Shown: positions 1-8,850 of the stretch, one piece after another
Numbering within the stretch: the first letter of the stretch is position 1
How the letters are laid out: each line of letters opens with the position of its first letter
Position numbers and translations under genes: made by a program
Virus record (IMG/VR): IMGVR_UViG_3300014168_000003
Location: 1 to 64,000 of that record
Direction: 5' to 3' (one strand)
Origin: a virus
Taxonomy: Duplodnaviria > Caudoviricetes
Length of the DNA stretch: 64,000 nucleotides
Notes under the pieces: model-generated
Told to the model about the DNA's origin: nothing
The model's database searches: none
The model's input: only the letters and a program-made list of their open reading frames with translations

Positions 1-225
1 CATCCACTGACTGCCCAATGCCTCCATGTAATGAAGGAACACATGGTCAGGCAGGAGGACCAGGGTCTGTCCTGACTTGCCAAACCCTCCCTGCCAGCCC
101 ATCAGATGCTGCACGACCTCCGTATAGTCATCTCCGGTTTTCGCACAGAACAGGCGGATGAGGTGCTTGAACGAGACGTAGCGCAGTTCCCTGATGAGCA
201 GGGTTTCTTCAATTGAGAGTCGCAT
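1..225 (-). CDS. Hypothetical protein, runs off the window edge (75 aa visible)
   Basis: Manual translation from ATG at 225 (MRLSIEETLLIRELRYVSF...) is open to base 1 and overlaps the end of the 209-445 ORF. Confidence 0.6.
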   Translation of the reverse strand, partial: MRLSIEETLLIRELRYVSFKHLIRLFCAKTGDDYTEVVQHLMGWQGGFGKSGQTLVLLPDHVFLHYMEALGSQWM

Positions 226-445
226 CACTCCTCCGGTTGATTCCTCGAATGTAGCACTCGTGAAAGACCATGTGGGACAGGAACAGCAGCCCACAAGCCG
301 TGTTATCCAGCTTCGTTTGGATCAGGAATTGGCGCATGAGCGAGTCTTCGGGAGAGATCCCACTCATATAGAAGCTCTCTGACTCCGCCGCGAGAGCAAG
401 GATCTGCTCATCAGACTGAGCGGTCATCGTTTCAATGGCGTTCAT
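209..445 (-). CDS. Hypothetical protein
   Basis: 78-aa ORF preceded by AGGAG, in a tightly packed minus-strand run. Confidence 0.6.
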   Translation of the reverse strand: MNAIETMTAQSDEQILALAAESESFYMSGISPEDSLMRQFLIQTKLDNTACGLLFLSHMVFHECYIRGINRRSDATLN

Positions 446-674
446 CGTTTCTCCTCAGAAGTGAAAGTAGTGCTCGTTGCGGAAAGGCAGTGTTCATCAG
501 CATCATTCCTTGCCGTTCGTCGTATCCCAGACTGACTCGCCACACTTCGAAGAAGTATCTGGCATCAGGCATGATATGGCCGGTTTGCACCAGTTCCTCC
601 ACGGCAGATCTGAGCCGCTTGGCATCATGGTCAGTCAGGTTCTCGAACAGCATGTTTTCTCGATTGACGTTCAT
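432..674 (-). CDS. Hypothetical protein
   Basis: 80-aa ORF with AAGGAG RBS and GGTATCAT (-10-like) upstream. Confidence 0.65.
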   Translation of the reverse strand: MNVNRENMLFENLTDHDAKRLRSAVEELVQTGHIMPDARYFFEVWRVSLGYDERQGMMLMNTAFPQRALLSLLRRNDERH

Positions 675-723
675 TCGTTACTCCTTTGCTCTATGATACC
701 ACAAATTGAGGGAATCCGTATAC

Positions 724-750
724 AAAAACCCCCGCAATTTCTGCGGGGGT
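724..750 (-). terminator. Rho-independent terminator
   Basis: Minus strand ACCCCCGCA-GAAAT-TGCGGGGGT followed by TTTT. Confidence 0.8.
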
Positions 751-836
751 GGGGCAAGGACCAAGTTAAGTCCTTCAAACTACCGGGAGATGGGAGGGAG
801 GGGGAAACCATCCGCACCGGCAAGGCGTGTTGCCTA
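724..836 (-). ncRNA. Candidate small RNA with C-rich loop
   Basis: ORF-free gap bounded by a GAGTAATA motif (842-849) and a terminator; three hairpins, one with loop UUUCCCCCUCCCUC. Confidence 0.45.
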
Positions 837-1085
837 TTACGTATTACTCGGTTTCTGGTCCTGATACTCCATCGAGCCAGAGAAATCCTTATCTGGAACC
901 TCCAACCCAACCAGAGCGTCCGCACCTTCAGCGATAGAGCGGAGCAAGGCATAGAGCCCCTCAATGGACTCCTGGGATTCATTCTTAAACAAGATCTGAA
1001 TGGCCCCCTGTGCGCCGGTAATATCAGTCTTATCGAACATGAGATTGTTCTTTAGCCGATCAGCTACTTCTTGTGTGATGATCAT
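837..1085 (-). CDS. Hypothetical protein
   Basis: 82-aa ORF coupled (TAATG) to the upstream gene. Confidence 0.65.
   Translation of the reverse strand: MIITQEVADRLKNNLMFDKTDITGAQGAIQILFKNESQESIEGLYALLRSIAEGADALVGLEVPDKDFSGSMEYQDQKPSNT
842..849 (-). promoter_or_regulatory. Phage promoter-like motif GAGTAATA
   Basis: The 14-mer CGAGTAATACGTAA is identical to the one at 19221-19234. Confidence 0.6.
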
Positions 1086-1471
1086 TATCTCTCCTGTGAG
1101 TAACGGTTAGGGTAGTGATGTGAAGCAAATTCTTTCTCTTTTTGGGCTCGTTCGGCAGCCCACCGTTGGTTGCGTTCTTTGATTTCTTGGTCTAACAGGA
1201 CTACCCCTTCAAAGAGCCATTGTCGAAGCATGGGGTCTGATACCTTATAGCCTCCATGGGTTTCCCACAGATCCATCCGGATGTCATCTTTCACGACCCA
1301 GGCAGAGGACATGCGAATAGGATGCAGGTCAAAATGAACCCCGTTGCTGACTTCCCATTCTCCTCTATCATAGTTACTGATTTCGTCAAGAGTGTCTTTG
1401 ATGTAGGTCTCTTTTTCCATCTCTTTGAAATAGGCTCGGATGGCCTCCCACTTATCCCTTAGTCGTCCCAT
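1085..1471 (-). CDS. Hypothetical protein
   Basis: 128-aa ORF overlapping the ligase stop codon. Confidence 0.7.
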   Translation of the reverse strand: MGRLRDKWEAIRAYFKEMEKETYIKDTLDEISNYDRGEWEVSNGVHFDLHPIRMSSAWVVKDDIRMDLWETHGGYKVSDPMLRQWLFEGVVLLDQEIKERNQRWAAERAQKEKEFASHHYPNRYSQER

Positions 1472-3633
1472 TCGGCCCCCATTCCACCAATCTCCTTGTC
1501 CATCTTCATGCCGTTCTTCTCCAGCACATCCAATAACCAGACAAGGTTCAATCGGGGGATATTCAACTCCGCAGCCTTAGCCAATTTGGAACGGCCAGGG
1601 GCCTCACCGGTCAGCAGATGAGTCAACTTCTTGGACACACCGGTTTTCATCGTCGCCCCAAGGCTGGCCAACTTCTTCGACAAGGGCTCTCGCTCCTCAT
1701 CAAACTCACCAGTGATACAGATGACGTAACCGGCCAGGGGCTGTTCACCCGCCACGGCTGGCTTCATCAGTGCGGTAGGTCGGACCCCCGCATCATGGAG
1801 ATTCTGCATTTCCTCATCAAAGAAGGTGGCGAAGTAGGTCAAGTAGTTGACCGCATCGGTTTTCTTGATGTCTCCGATCCCGTCAATCTTTTCATCCATC
1901 AGGGCTTTCAACAGAATCGTCCGCAAGTCAGGCAGATCCTCCGGTTGGAGACGGCACTGAGTAGCCAGCACCTTGCTGATAGTGCGACCGATACCAGGGA
2001 TTTCCAGACAGGCCAACCACCGGTCCCAATCTCGGGTCTTCGCACTTTCCAGAGACTTGCACATCTTGATCGTCTGAGCCGCCCCGAAGCCCAGGCCAGC
2101 CAGCTTAGCAGTGACTGCTTCAGGTTTTTCTGCCAGCTTAGTCACGATACCATTGGAGAATAGAATCAGATCGGAGAGAACAGTGACGTAACCCTCATCT
2201 ACCATGAAGGTAGCGAGTTCTGGACCCAACTCATCAATTTCCAAGACAGAACGATCAGCGATGTAGCAGAGCTTAGCCTTCAGTTGTTCGGTGCAGGTAG
2301 GGCTCTCGCACCAGTGGGACTGCACACCCGACTTGGGGTTGGTCTGACTGGTCAGAGGGGCTCCGCAGACGCACTGAGTGGGCTCTGGGATGGGTCGGGG
2401 GTTCTGAGCCTTGTGTGAGATACCGGTGCAGACAGGGATGACTTCCCCACCCCGGTGAATCAGCACTTCATCACCGATCTCAACACCCAAATCCTTGATG
2501 AAGCTGTAGTTATTGAGATTGACCCGTCCGATCATCGCTCCGCTCACATTGATGGGTTCGAGTATTCCGACTGGGGTCATGTTTCCGGTGCGTCCGGTCT
2601 GCCAGATCACATCCTTAAGGATCGTTCCCTTCTTCTCGGAGGGGTATTTCCAGGCGACTCCCCAATTCACATACTTGGAGCCGACTCCTGCTTCTTTACG
2701 GGCCGAAGGATTAACCAGCTTGATCACCACCCCATCGGTCTGCATCCCCAGACCACCCAACCAGACGATTTCCCGCTCTTTGCGGATCTGGTTGTCAATC
2801 GCATCTATGACTTCCTTTGGGCATGTACAGACGCTCAGAATAGACTGAGGAAAGCAGACATTCGTTCGGGTCACATACTGAATTGATTGATGAGCATATT
2901 CCTTTGAAGCTGACCGCTTGCTCAGATACTCTTGAGGGATGCCGCTGGCCTCCCATACGAACATGCGAAGGCCCCTTCGCTTTACAGCTTCCAGGTCCAG
3001 CAGCTTCATCGAACCAGCGGCGAGATTACGAGGAGAGGCATAGGGCTTTTCCCCCTCAGCTTCTAGCTCTTTATTCAGCTTATCGAACTGGGAAATGGTG
3101 ATGAATACTTCGCCCCGAATCTCCACCGGAGACTCAGGGTAGAACTCTTCAGGTAAGCTGAGTGGGACGGCTCCACTTGCAGCCATCTGCTTTGTCACAT
3201 CCTCGCCATACTGCCCGTCACCACGGGTCACAGCTTTGACGAGCTTGCGATTGATATAGAGGAGGGAGCATGAGGCTCCATCTACTTTGGGTTCGATCAC
3301 GAATTGCTGACCGGGGAACTGGTTGAGCCATTCGAGTAACTCATCGAATGCATACTTGTTCTCCAGACTCAGCATGGGAGTCTGGTGCTTGATCCGGCCT
3401 CCGGTATTCACTAAGTCCGAACCAACGGTCGTCAAAACCGTAGCCAGCGATTTGAACTGAGGCAGCCCCTTCACCATATCGTAAAGCTGACGCTCCAGCC
3501 GATCATACTCGGCATCGGTCATGATGGGTCGAGCCAACGCATAATATGCGTGACGAGCGTTAATCAATTCGTTATTCGTATCGATGATGAGACCACGACC
3601 GGCCTCCTCAAACGTCCTTTTATCTTCTGCCAT
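1459..3633 (-). CDS. ligA: NAD-dependent DNA ligase
   Basis: YY...(T)DAEYD N-terminus, KxDG adenylation motif EPKVDG, E-x-RGE, SPRNLAAGS, GRTG, Cys4 Zn finger, HhH repeats, C-terminal BRCT (ICITG...GVSKK). Confidence 0.97.
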   Translation of the reverse strand: MAEDKRTFEEAGRGLIIDTNNELINARHAYYALARPIMTDAEYDRLERQLYDMVKGLPQFKSLATVLTTVGSDLVNTGGRIKHQTPMLSLENKYAFDELLEWLNQFPGQQFVIEPKVDGASCSLLYINRKLVKAVTRGDGQYGEDVTKQMAASGAVPLSLPEEFYPESPVEIRGEVFITISQFDKLNKELEAEGEKPYASPRNLAAGSMKLLDLEAVKRRGLRMFVWEASGIPQEYLSKRSASKEYAHQSIQYVTRTNVCFPQSILSVCTCPKEVIDAIDNQIRKEREIVWLGGLGMQTDGVVIKLVNPSARKEAGVGSKYVNWGVAWKYPSEKKGTILKDVIWQTGRTGNMTPVGILEPINVSGAMIGRVNLNNYSFIKDLGVEIGDEVLIHRGGEVIPVCTGISHKAQNPRPIPEPTQCVCGAPLTSQTNPKSGVQSHWCESPTCTEQLKAKLCYIADRSVLEIDELGPELATFMVDEGYVTVLSDLILFSNGIVTKLAEKPEAVTAKLAGLGFGAAQTIKMCKSLESAKTRDWDRWLACLEIPGIGRTISKVLATQCRLQPEDLPDLRTILLKALMDEKIDGIGDIKKTDAVNYLTYFATFFDEEMQNLHDAGVRPTALMKPAVAGEQPLAGYVICITGEFDEEREPLSKKLASLGATMKTGVSKKLTHLLTGEAPGRSKLAKAAELNIPRLNLVWLLDVLEKNGMKMDKEIGGMGAEWDD

Positions 3634-3663
3634 ACTTCCCTCGGTTACTACCTATTACTGATA

Positions 3664-3861
3664 TTACGAGAACATCGCCTTCAGCGCAGGTACGATCTCA
3701 TGGGAGCGGCACAGGACCGCATAGATGACGTAGAGCCATCCGAAGAAGAAGTGGAGCACACCCCACCAGAAGGAGTGATTCAGGGCCGCACTGAGGATCA
3801 CCGAAACGACCGATCCGACCGTGATACACCCACCACCCGTATTTGCAGAACTATTGCTCAT
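3664..3861 (-). CDS. Small membrane protein
   Basis: 65 aa with two hydrophobic segments; AGGAGG RBS. Confidence 0.7.
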   Translation of the reverse strand: MSNSSANTGGGCITVGSVVSVILSAALNHSFWWGVLHFFFGWLYVIYAVLCRSHEIVPALKAMFS

Positions 3862-3911
3862 CAGAGCCTCCTACCTTATGATACTCGGTCGGAGGACAAT
3901 CTGTATACGTT

Positions 3912-4274
3912 TTACATCACCCAGGCAAGAAAACGTGAGTCCTCTTCAATGAAGTCAAAGCTACCCAACTTGGCATCGGGAGGGACTACCCCTCGATCTT
4001 TGAGGGTTTCAAAGTCTTCCAAAAAAGCCCAGAGAAGATCAAATGTCTTATCTGCTGGTTTTAAGATGGCCACATATTCAAGCACCGGTCCCGGCACATC
4101 AAAAGGGGGGGTTTTAAGGATTCGAGAGGCTAGGGTTCGGGGCTGCTCGGTACTAAACCATAGCAATACCTTGATATAGTTGGGTTTTCTGACCGCCTGC
4201 TCATACTCCGACGAGACAACCAATTGAATCTCAACTGGCGACTGGGTAGCGGGTGGGGCATCCATGACTCTCAT
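3912..4274 (-). CDS. Hypothetical protein
   Basis: 120-aa ORF, AGGAG RBS. Confidence 0.65.
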   Translation of the reverse strand: MRVMDAPPATQSPVEIQLVVSSEYEQAVRKPNYIKVLLWFSTEQPRTLASRILKTPPFDVPGPVLEYVAILKPADKTFDLLWAFLEDFETLKDRGVVPPDAKLGSFDFIEEDSRFLAWVM

Positions 4275-4284
4275 CGGAACTCCT

Positions 4285-4905
4285 TTACTTTAAACGATTC
4301 TTCCAGATCAATTGCTCGATCATCTCAGGACTCAACTTACCCACAATGGGCTTCATAGAGGACTGATGGGGGTGCTGCTGATGTAGGGCTTCCTCTGCCC
4401 CACCATGAGGCTCCTTGGTCGCAGGGGCGGTTCGAGTTACGACACTGGGGTTCTGCTGCTCCGAAACCGCCCCTTCGGCCTGTAAGAAATCTTTGAGCCA
4501 GTAGGAATCGTCAGCCAGGGCCACCTTTGAGAATTGCGAAAATGAAAGCACCGGCTTGGTACTTGTATAAGAAAAACTGCTCTCATGAATCTCCCCGTTC
4601 AGCATATACTGAAAGTCATCATCATCAGAACGATACCCTGAACCAAGGATATACTGCAAAATATCGCTGCTTAGTCGGATTCCAACCGCAGCAGTCTCAA
4701 TATGGAGGTCATTCTCTTTCGCTTCTCCCGCATAGCTATCTTCCCATGCGGCCTCTGTCACATTTGCCAGAACAGGACTCCCTGGTTTTAACAAACCATA
4801 TAAATACAGCGTAGTGGGTACGAGGTCGTGATTAACGTGTGCCAGTAAGTCTAACCCTTGCTGGAGTACGTCCAATTGCTCCTCTGTTACAGTGCTATAT
4901 TTCAT
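4285..4905 (-). CDS. Hypothetical protein
   Basis: 206-aa ORF, GAGG RBS. Confidence 0.7.
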   Translation of the reverse strand: MKYSTVTEEQLDVLQQGLDLLAHVNHDLVPTTLYLYGLLKPGSPVLANVTEAAWEDSYAGEAKENDLHIETAAVGIRLSSDILQYILGSGYRSDDDDFQYMLNGEIHESSFSYTSTKPVLSFSQFSKVALADDSYWLKDFLQAEGAVSEQQNPSVVTRTAPATKEPHGGAEEALHQQHPHQSSMKPIVGKLSPEMIEQLIWKNRLK

Positions 4906-4950
4906 CGGATCCTCTACATAGTGTCAAAAAGTTTGATCCTTACTTGATTA

Positions 4951-5493
4951 TTACTGGACTTCAACCTGCTTAGACCGTTTATACTCGTTTTTGATGCCGG
5001 AGATGTGATCGTCTAGACTAACGGCCCGTTCCACCAGAGGAGTGAAATTCTCTGGGATCCGCATATCATTATTTGTCTTTGACTTGGTAGTGAACGCACA
5101 GATGTTAATCTTGAACGACTCCTGATATTTACGAAGCAAGTCTTCAAATCGAGTATTATGAAACCCCACCAAGCAGACCTGAGATCCGATTGGTAGGGTA
5201 GCAAAAATGTCATGCAAATAGGTGGAAGGCTTGTAAAACTTGTTCCCTGGAATGATTCTCGAATCAATCGGGACCATTCGGACAACTTTTACGCCAGTTC
5301 GTTCTACAGCTTGAACATACTTATCTGCTTGCTGCTCTTTTGTCGAACCGAATAAAACCCAGGTATCGGTAATCGGAGCATCCAAAATTTCTCGTGCGAT
5401 GTAATTAACTACGTCTATGACATAAAGCTGGGAAGAATGAATCTCTCCGGCTCGAAATAAATGTGACGCTTCTACGATAAAATAAGTATCCAT
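4951..5493 (-). CDS. NYN/LabA (PIN-like fold) protein, probably catalytically degenerate
   Basis: Pattern FIVEASHL...GVKVVRM.P...VCLVGFHNTRF..L...INICAF...AVSLD parallels NYN (FIDGSNL...LVSGDGDF...ADEFI). Confidence 0.5.
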   Translation of the reverse strand: MDTYFIVEASHLFRAGEIHSSQLYVIDVVNYIAREILDAPITDTWVLFGSTKEQQADKYVQAVERTGVKVVRMVPIDSRIIPGNKFYKPSTYLHDIFATLPIGSQVCLVGFHNTRFEDLLRKYQESFKINICAFTTKSKTNNDMRIPENFTPLVERAVSLDDHISGIKNEYKRSKQVEVQ

Positions 5494-5536
5494 TAGGGAT
5501 CCCCTTCATACAGAAGAGAATCCGTTATTTCAGACT

Positions 5537-6163
5537 TTAAGAAGCGTAATCTGCAAATATTGTTGGAGCGATACTTACCAGATGCGGTTTAATCATTTCC
5601 ATGATAATTCGAATGTCTGGATGGGCAGCTTTTGCCGATCTTAGGGACATGATATGTATCCACTCACGAAGGTTTGCCGTCCATACGATTTCAGTTGCGA
5701 GACAAGTGGGGAGGACTGAACGAGCGTTCTGGGGAGAAACCTTCAATTCAATGAGTTTCAGATAGGCTTGCTCAGCATGATAGCACCCCTCGTACCATGC
5801 AATATGTTCGCTCGTCCCCTCTTCGATCCCACTTGGACAAATAACAGAGATCTCCCCTCCAAACTTATCCTTCGCATAGCAGCAGTAGCGGGTCGAAGCC
5901 TGTGAATAGGAGGCGATACGATGCCTGACGATCTCATGGCTGATCCCACGGTCACATACGATGCTGAACCCAGCGGAAGCATGTTCCAATACGGATTCAT
6001 GTTTGCGGCTTGGATCCATGATCATTTTGATGAAGGCCACGTGAGAATCCTCCGTGATCTTCTCTTCTGATTTCCAGCAGACTCTTCCAGCACGTTCAAT
6101 GACCTTCTCTGCTTCGGGGGTGTGGTGTAGGAGTGTGACACTCGGTGGTACAATTTTCATCAT
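5537..6163 (-). CDS. thyX: Flavin-dependent thymidylate synthase
   Basis: HESVLEH, RGISHEIVRHRIASYSQASTRY (ThyX RHRx7S motif), ARSVLP, NLREW. Confidence 0.97.
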   Translation of the reverse strand: MMKIVPPSVTLLHHTPEAEKVIERAGRVCWKSEEKITEDSHVAFIKMIMDPSRKHESVLEHASAGFSIVCDRGISHEIVRHRIASYSQASTRYCCYAKDKFGGEISVICPSGIEEGTSEHIAWYEGCYHAEQAYLKLIELKVSPQNARSVLPTCLATEIVWTANLREWIHIMSLRSAKAAHPDIRIIMEMIKPHLVSIAPTIFADYAS

Positions 6164-6411
6164 TCAACCTCATCTAAAATCAAAAGCAAATCCAAATCGT
6201 TTATGTGCTGCTTCTTCTGAAGGATTCGATCCAGGCAGACAACCAGATTATCTGGGGGCCTCCCTTTTGAATCTACGACACCCTGGCCCAGTGCATCACC
6301 AATGATTTCGATGACGCACTGTTGGACATCAGGTTTGCCCTGAATCGTCTCTTTCCACCCACCTTTAGCTGGGGCGCGGAGCTTGTCTTTGACATCAGTC
6401 CTTAAACTCAC
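6160..6411 (-). CDS. Hypothetical protein
   Basis: 83-aa ORF with ATGA coupling to thyX. Confidence 0.65.
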   Translation of the reverse strand: MSLRTDVKDKLRAPAKGGWKETIQGKPDVQQCVIEIIGDALGQGVVDSKGRPPDNLVVCLDRILQKKQHINDLDLLLILDEVE

Positions 6412-7246
6412 TCACGAACTCCTTCAAGCCTTCTGGAAGATCATCCCCAACGGTTAGAAGCGAATCATACTTGGGGACCACATAGATGCGGAATCGTTCA
6501 CTCAAAGCCTGATAGGCGACCCAACGACTCGTAAGAGCACGGAGCAAGATATCCCCACCGCTCTTAGAATAGATGGGGTAAACCAAGCCATCAGCGATGG
6601 TCCCACCATCCTCCTGCTGGCGTACATGGATGAAGTCCTGGATAGCCTTATGATTCAGCATCCAGATCTTCACATCAGAGCCTGCATACTTACCCAACCC
6701 CATAATGGAAAGATTGGATAGGTTGTTCATGTCAGCGAAAGCTGGAGTTGAGCCAATGGGGCTGATTCTGAAGCTGTTAAACCCAACTAGCCCCGCCGAT
6801 AGAATTTTAAGATTACGAACTCCAGCAAGAATAGTGTTAAACTTCTTAGACTTCTCATCCTCCCCCTCCATGAATTTGGCCTTCTTGTCGAATGGAGAGG
6901 CTTCAAAGTTACCATCCCTCTGCCACGCTTGAGTATCGTTGTCGAGCTTAGCGATATCAAATCGCACAGAGCCTTCCTGACAGTTCAACAAAAGCTGAGT
7001 AGCGATATTGAAATCCTGAATATGCTGAAGGATCCAGATCCGCTTGTCATAGTAAAGCGGAGAGCCATTCATCGTCATCATGACTTCGTTATCCACCAGC
7101 CTATTGACCAGCTTACTCGCATCTGTGGTGCGATCAAACTTCGATAGGTGGAGAATCTCCTTATAGGCTTCCGCCATGGATTCCTCAGATTGCCAGATTT
7201 CCTCAATTGATTTCATAGGTTGCACTTCTCCTTTACATGAGCACAT
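6395..7246 (-). CDS. Hypothetical protein (likely start ATG 7216)
   Basis: Long ORF; ATGA overlap with the sbcD stop at 7213-7216. Confidence 0.75.
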   Translation of the reverse strand: MCSCKGEVQPMKSIEEIWQSEESMAEAYKEILHLSKFDRTTDASKLVNRLVDNEVMMTMNGSPLYYDKRIWILQHIQDFNIATQLLLNCQEGSVRFDIAKLDNDTQAWQRDGNFEASPFDKKAKFMEGEDEKSKKFNTILAGVRNLKILSAGLVGFNSFRISPIGSTPAFADMNNLSNLSIMGLGKYAGSDVKIWMLNHKAIQDFIHVRQQEDGGTIADGLVYPIYSKSGGDILLRALTSRWVAYQALSERFRIYVVPKYDSLLTVGDDLPEGLKEFVSEFKD

Positions 7247-8229
7247 AACGTAGGGTCGTTCTTACACAGAGCCTCGATCACAGTGATGGGATCCGAAGAT
7301 TCGATCTCATCCACTGACTCCGATAACTCTGAGAAAAATGCCTTCATGCTTGTGCTGTCCTTCACATCTATTACTCGCTTGTCCTCTGTCCGAAATGCCT
7401 GTTCGAGCGGGACTACATTGAGTGGTATCTCTTTGATCTTAGCCCCTTCAGGGGTGAACCGCAGCAGCACTGCACTGACTGGGCGATCCGCCTCATCCTG
7501 TGATAGGGCTGCACGGGCGATACTGCCTAGGTTGATATGAGTCACGTTGCCGCAACGTTCCGTTTCAGTCCTGGTGTGATCATGCCCCCAGAGCAGGATG
7601 TCATAATCCAGCTTGCGAAGCTGATTGTAGCCGATGAGGCTAACTTGATCTCCAAATATTTTCGTATCCCCACTGCATCCGGATGCGTGGACGATTCCAA
7701 GACGGTAGTCAATGCCTTCTGGACGAGCCCCAGACCGCTTCAGAGCCTCGTACGTATCACCCGGCTCCGCATAGTCCCACGTATCCACCTGGATGGTGAA
7801 TGAGGGGTCCAGCATCGGTTCTTCCCTGGTCTCGATGATCAGAGGCTCTTCGTTCAAGGACCGGTAAACCCCCGCCTCCATCAGAATACCCAAGGGCTGG
7901 TGGGGAAGCGTGTCTATGCGGTCGAACTGAATGTCATGGTTGCCCACGCAGCCGTAAACACAGCCTCCTGGAAACTCACTGAACACCTCAATTGTTTCTC
8001 GGATCAGAGATAGGCTATTCGCGGGGGACTTAGGGGTTTTGATATGAAACACATCCCCACCGACCAAACAGATAGCATGGTTGTCCTCACATATCTTGCG
8101 GACCTGACGGAGCTTATCGAAAATCTGCTCCCTGTAGGCATCCGAACGTCTCCCTGGAGCCCGATCTGAAAGATGGATATCCGTCATCCATACAATGTTT
8201 ACTTCGTCATCTATCCTTTTCAATTTCAT
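7213..8229 (-). CDS. sbcD: Mre11/SbcD-family metallophosphoesterase nuclease
   Basis: DIH, GGDVFH, GNHD, H, GHDH calcineurin-like motifs; acidic C-terminal extension; SbcC-like genes nearby. Confidence 0.9.
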   Translation of the reverse strand: MKLKRIDDEVNIVWMTDIHLSDRAPGRRSDAYREQIFDKLRQVRKICEDNHAICLVGGDVFHIKTPKSPANSLSLIRETIEVFSEFPGGCVYGCVGNHDIQFDRIDTLPHQPLGILMEAGVYRSLNEEPLIIETREEPMLDPSFTIQVDTWDYAEPGDTYEALKRSGARPEGIDYRLGIVHASGCSGDTKIFGDQVSLIGYNQLRKLDYDILLWGHDHTRTETERCGNVTHINLGSIARAALSQDEADRPVSAVLLRFTPEGAKIKEIPLNVVPLEQAFRTEDKRVIDVKDSTSMKAFFSELSESVDEIESSDPITVIEALCKNDPTLCAHVKEKCNL

Positions 8230-8588
8230 AGGGATTCGAGGATCTCCGGGGCGTAAGTGTTGGCATATTGGATGAACTTGGCGTCATCGGCGGAAATATG
8301 GAGAGCCATTCTCTCCTGCACCAAATCAAGTTCTTCCTGTGAATTATTACCCGACACGAGACGAGGTAAGAGTGGAAGAATGAAATCTTGGATGAGGAGA
8401 TGTTCGTTGATATGCCTCTCCCGTTCAGGGTAGTTGCAAACCTTCATCAGACGTTCCTCATCAATGAAGTGGTTGCTCAGGTGGTCAATTAGTTCACCCA
8501 GGAGGACCGGAGAATTTGTCCCTACGTGAAGGTGGGCCAAGAGTTCCAAAATGCTTGTGTGTGTTTGCTCAAACGGGTCTTTTGTCAT
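8226..8588 (-). CDS. Hemerythrin-domain protein
   Basis: H...HFIDEERLM...YPE...H..EH...H...DD matches the di-iron ligand pattern. Confidence 0.88.
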   Translation of the reverse strand: MTKDPFEQTHTSILELLAHLHVGTNSPVLLGELIDHLSNHFIDEERLMKVCNYPERERHINEHLLIQDFILPLLPRLVSGNNSQEELDLVQERMALHISADDAKFIQYANTYAPEILESL

Positions 8589-8850
8589 TGCGCTTTTCGC
8601 TTTCTAAAGCCTTGGCAATCATCTGCTCCATCTGCTCATACGTAGAATCAAGGAGGACGACATTGGTCATAGTCAGGTAATAAAGCAGCTTACCTGTGAT
8701 GTCGGGGATCTGGTCCAGAATCTGCTTGTTCTGCCGCTTATTCGTCTTGACCTCGACATTGACCTGAGACTCAGGTTGACCCATCTCATCTTGAGTGGCT
8801 TCGAACTCAATTTTGACTCGTTTCCTGCGTAGGTCGATAAGAAGTTTCAT
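8569..8850 (-). CDS. Hypothetical protein
   Basis: 93-aa ORF coupled to its neighbours. Confidence 0.65.
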   Translation of the reverse strand: MKLLIDLRRKRVKIEFEATQDEMGQPESQVNVEVKTNKRQNKQILDQIPDITGKLLYYLTMTNVVLLDSTYEQMEQMIAKALESEKRNDKRPV

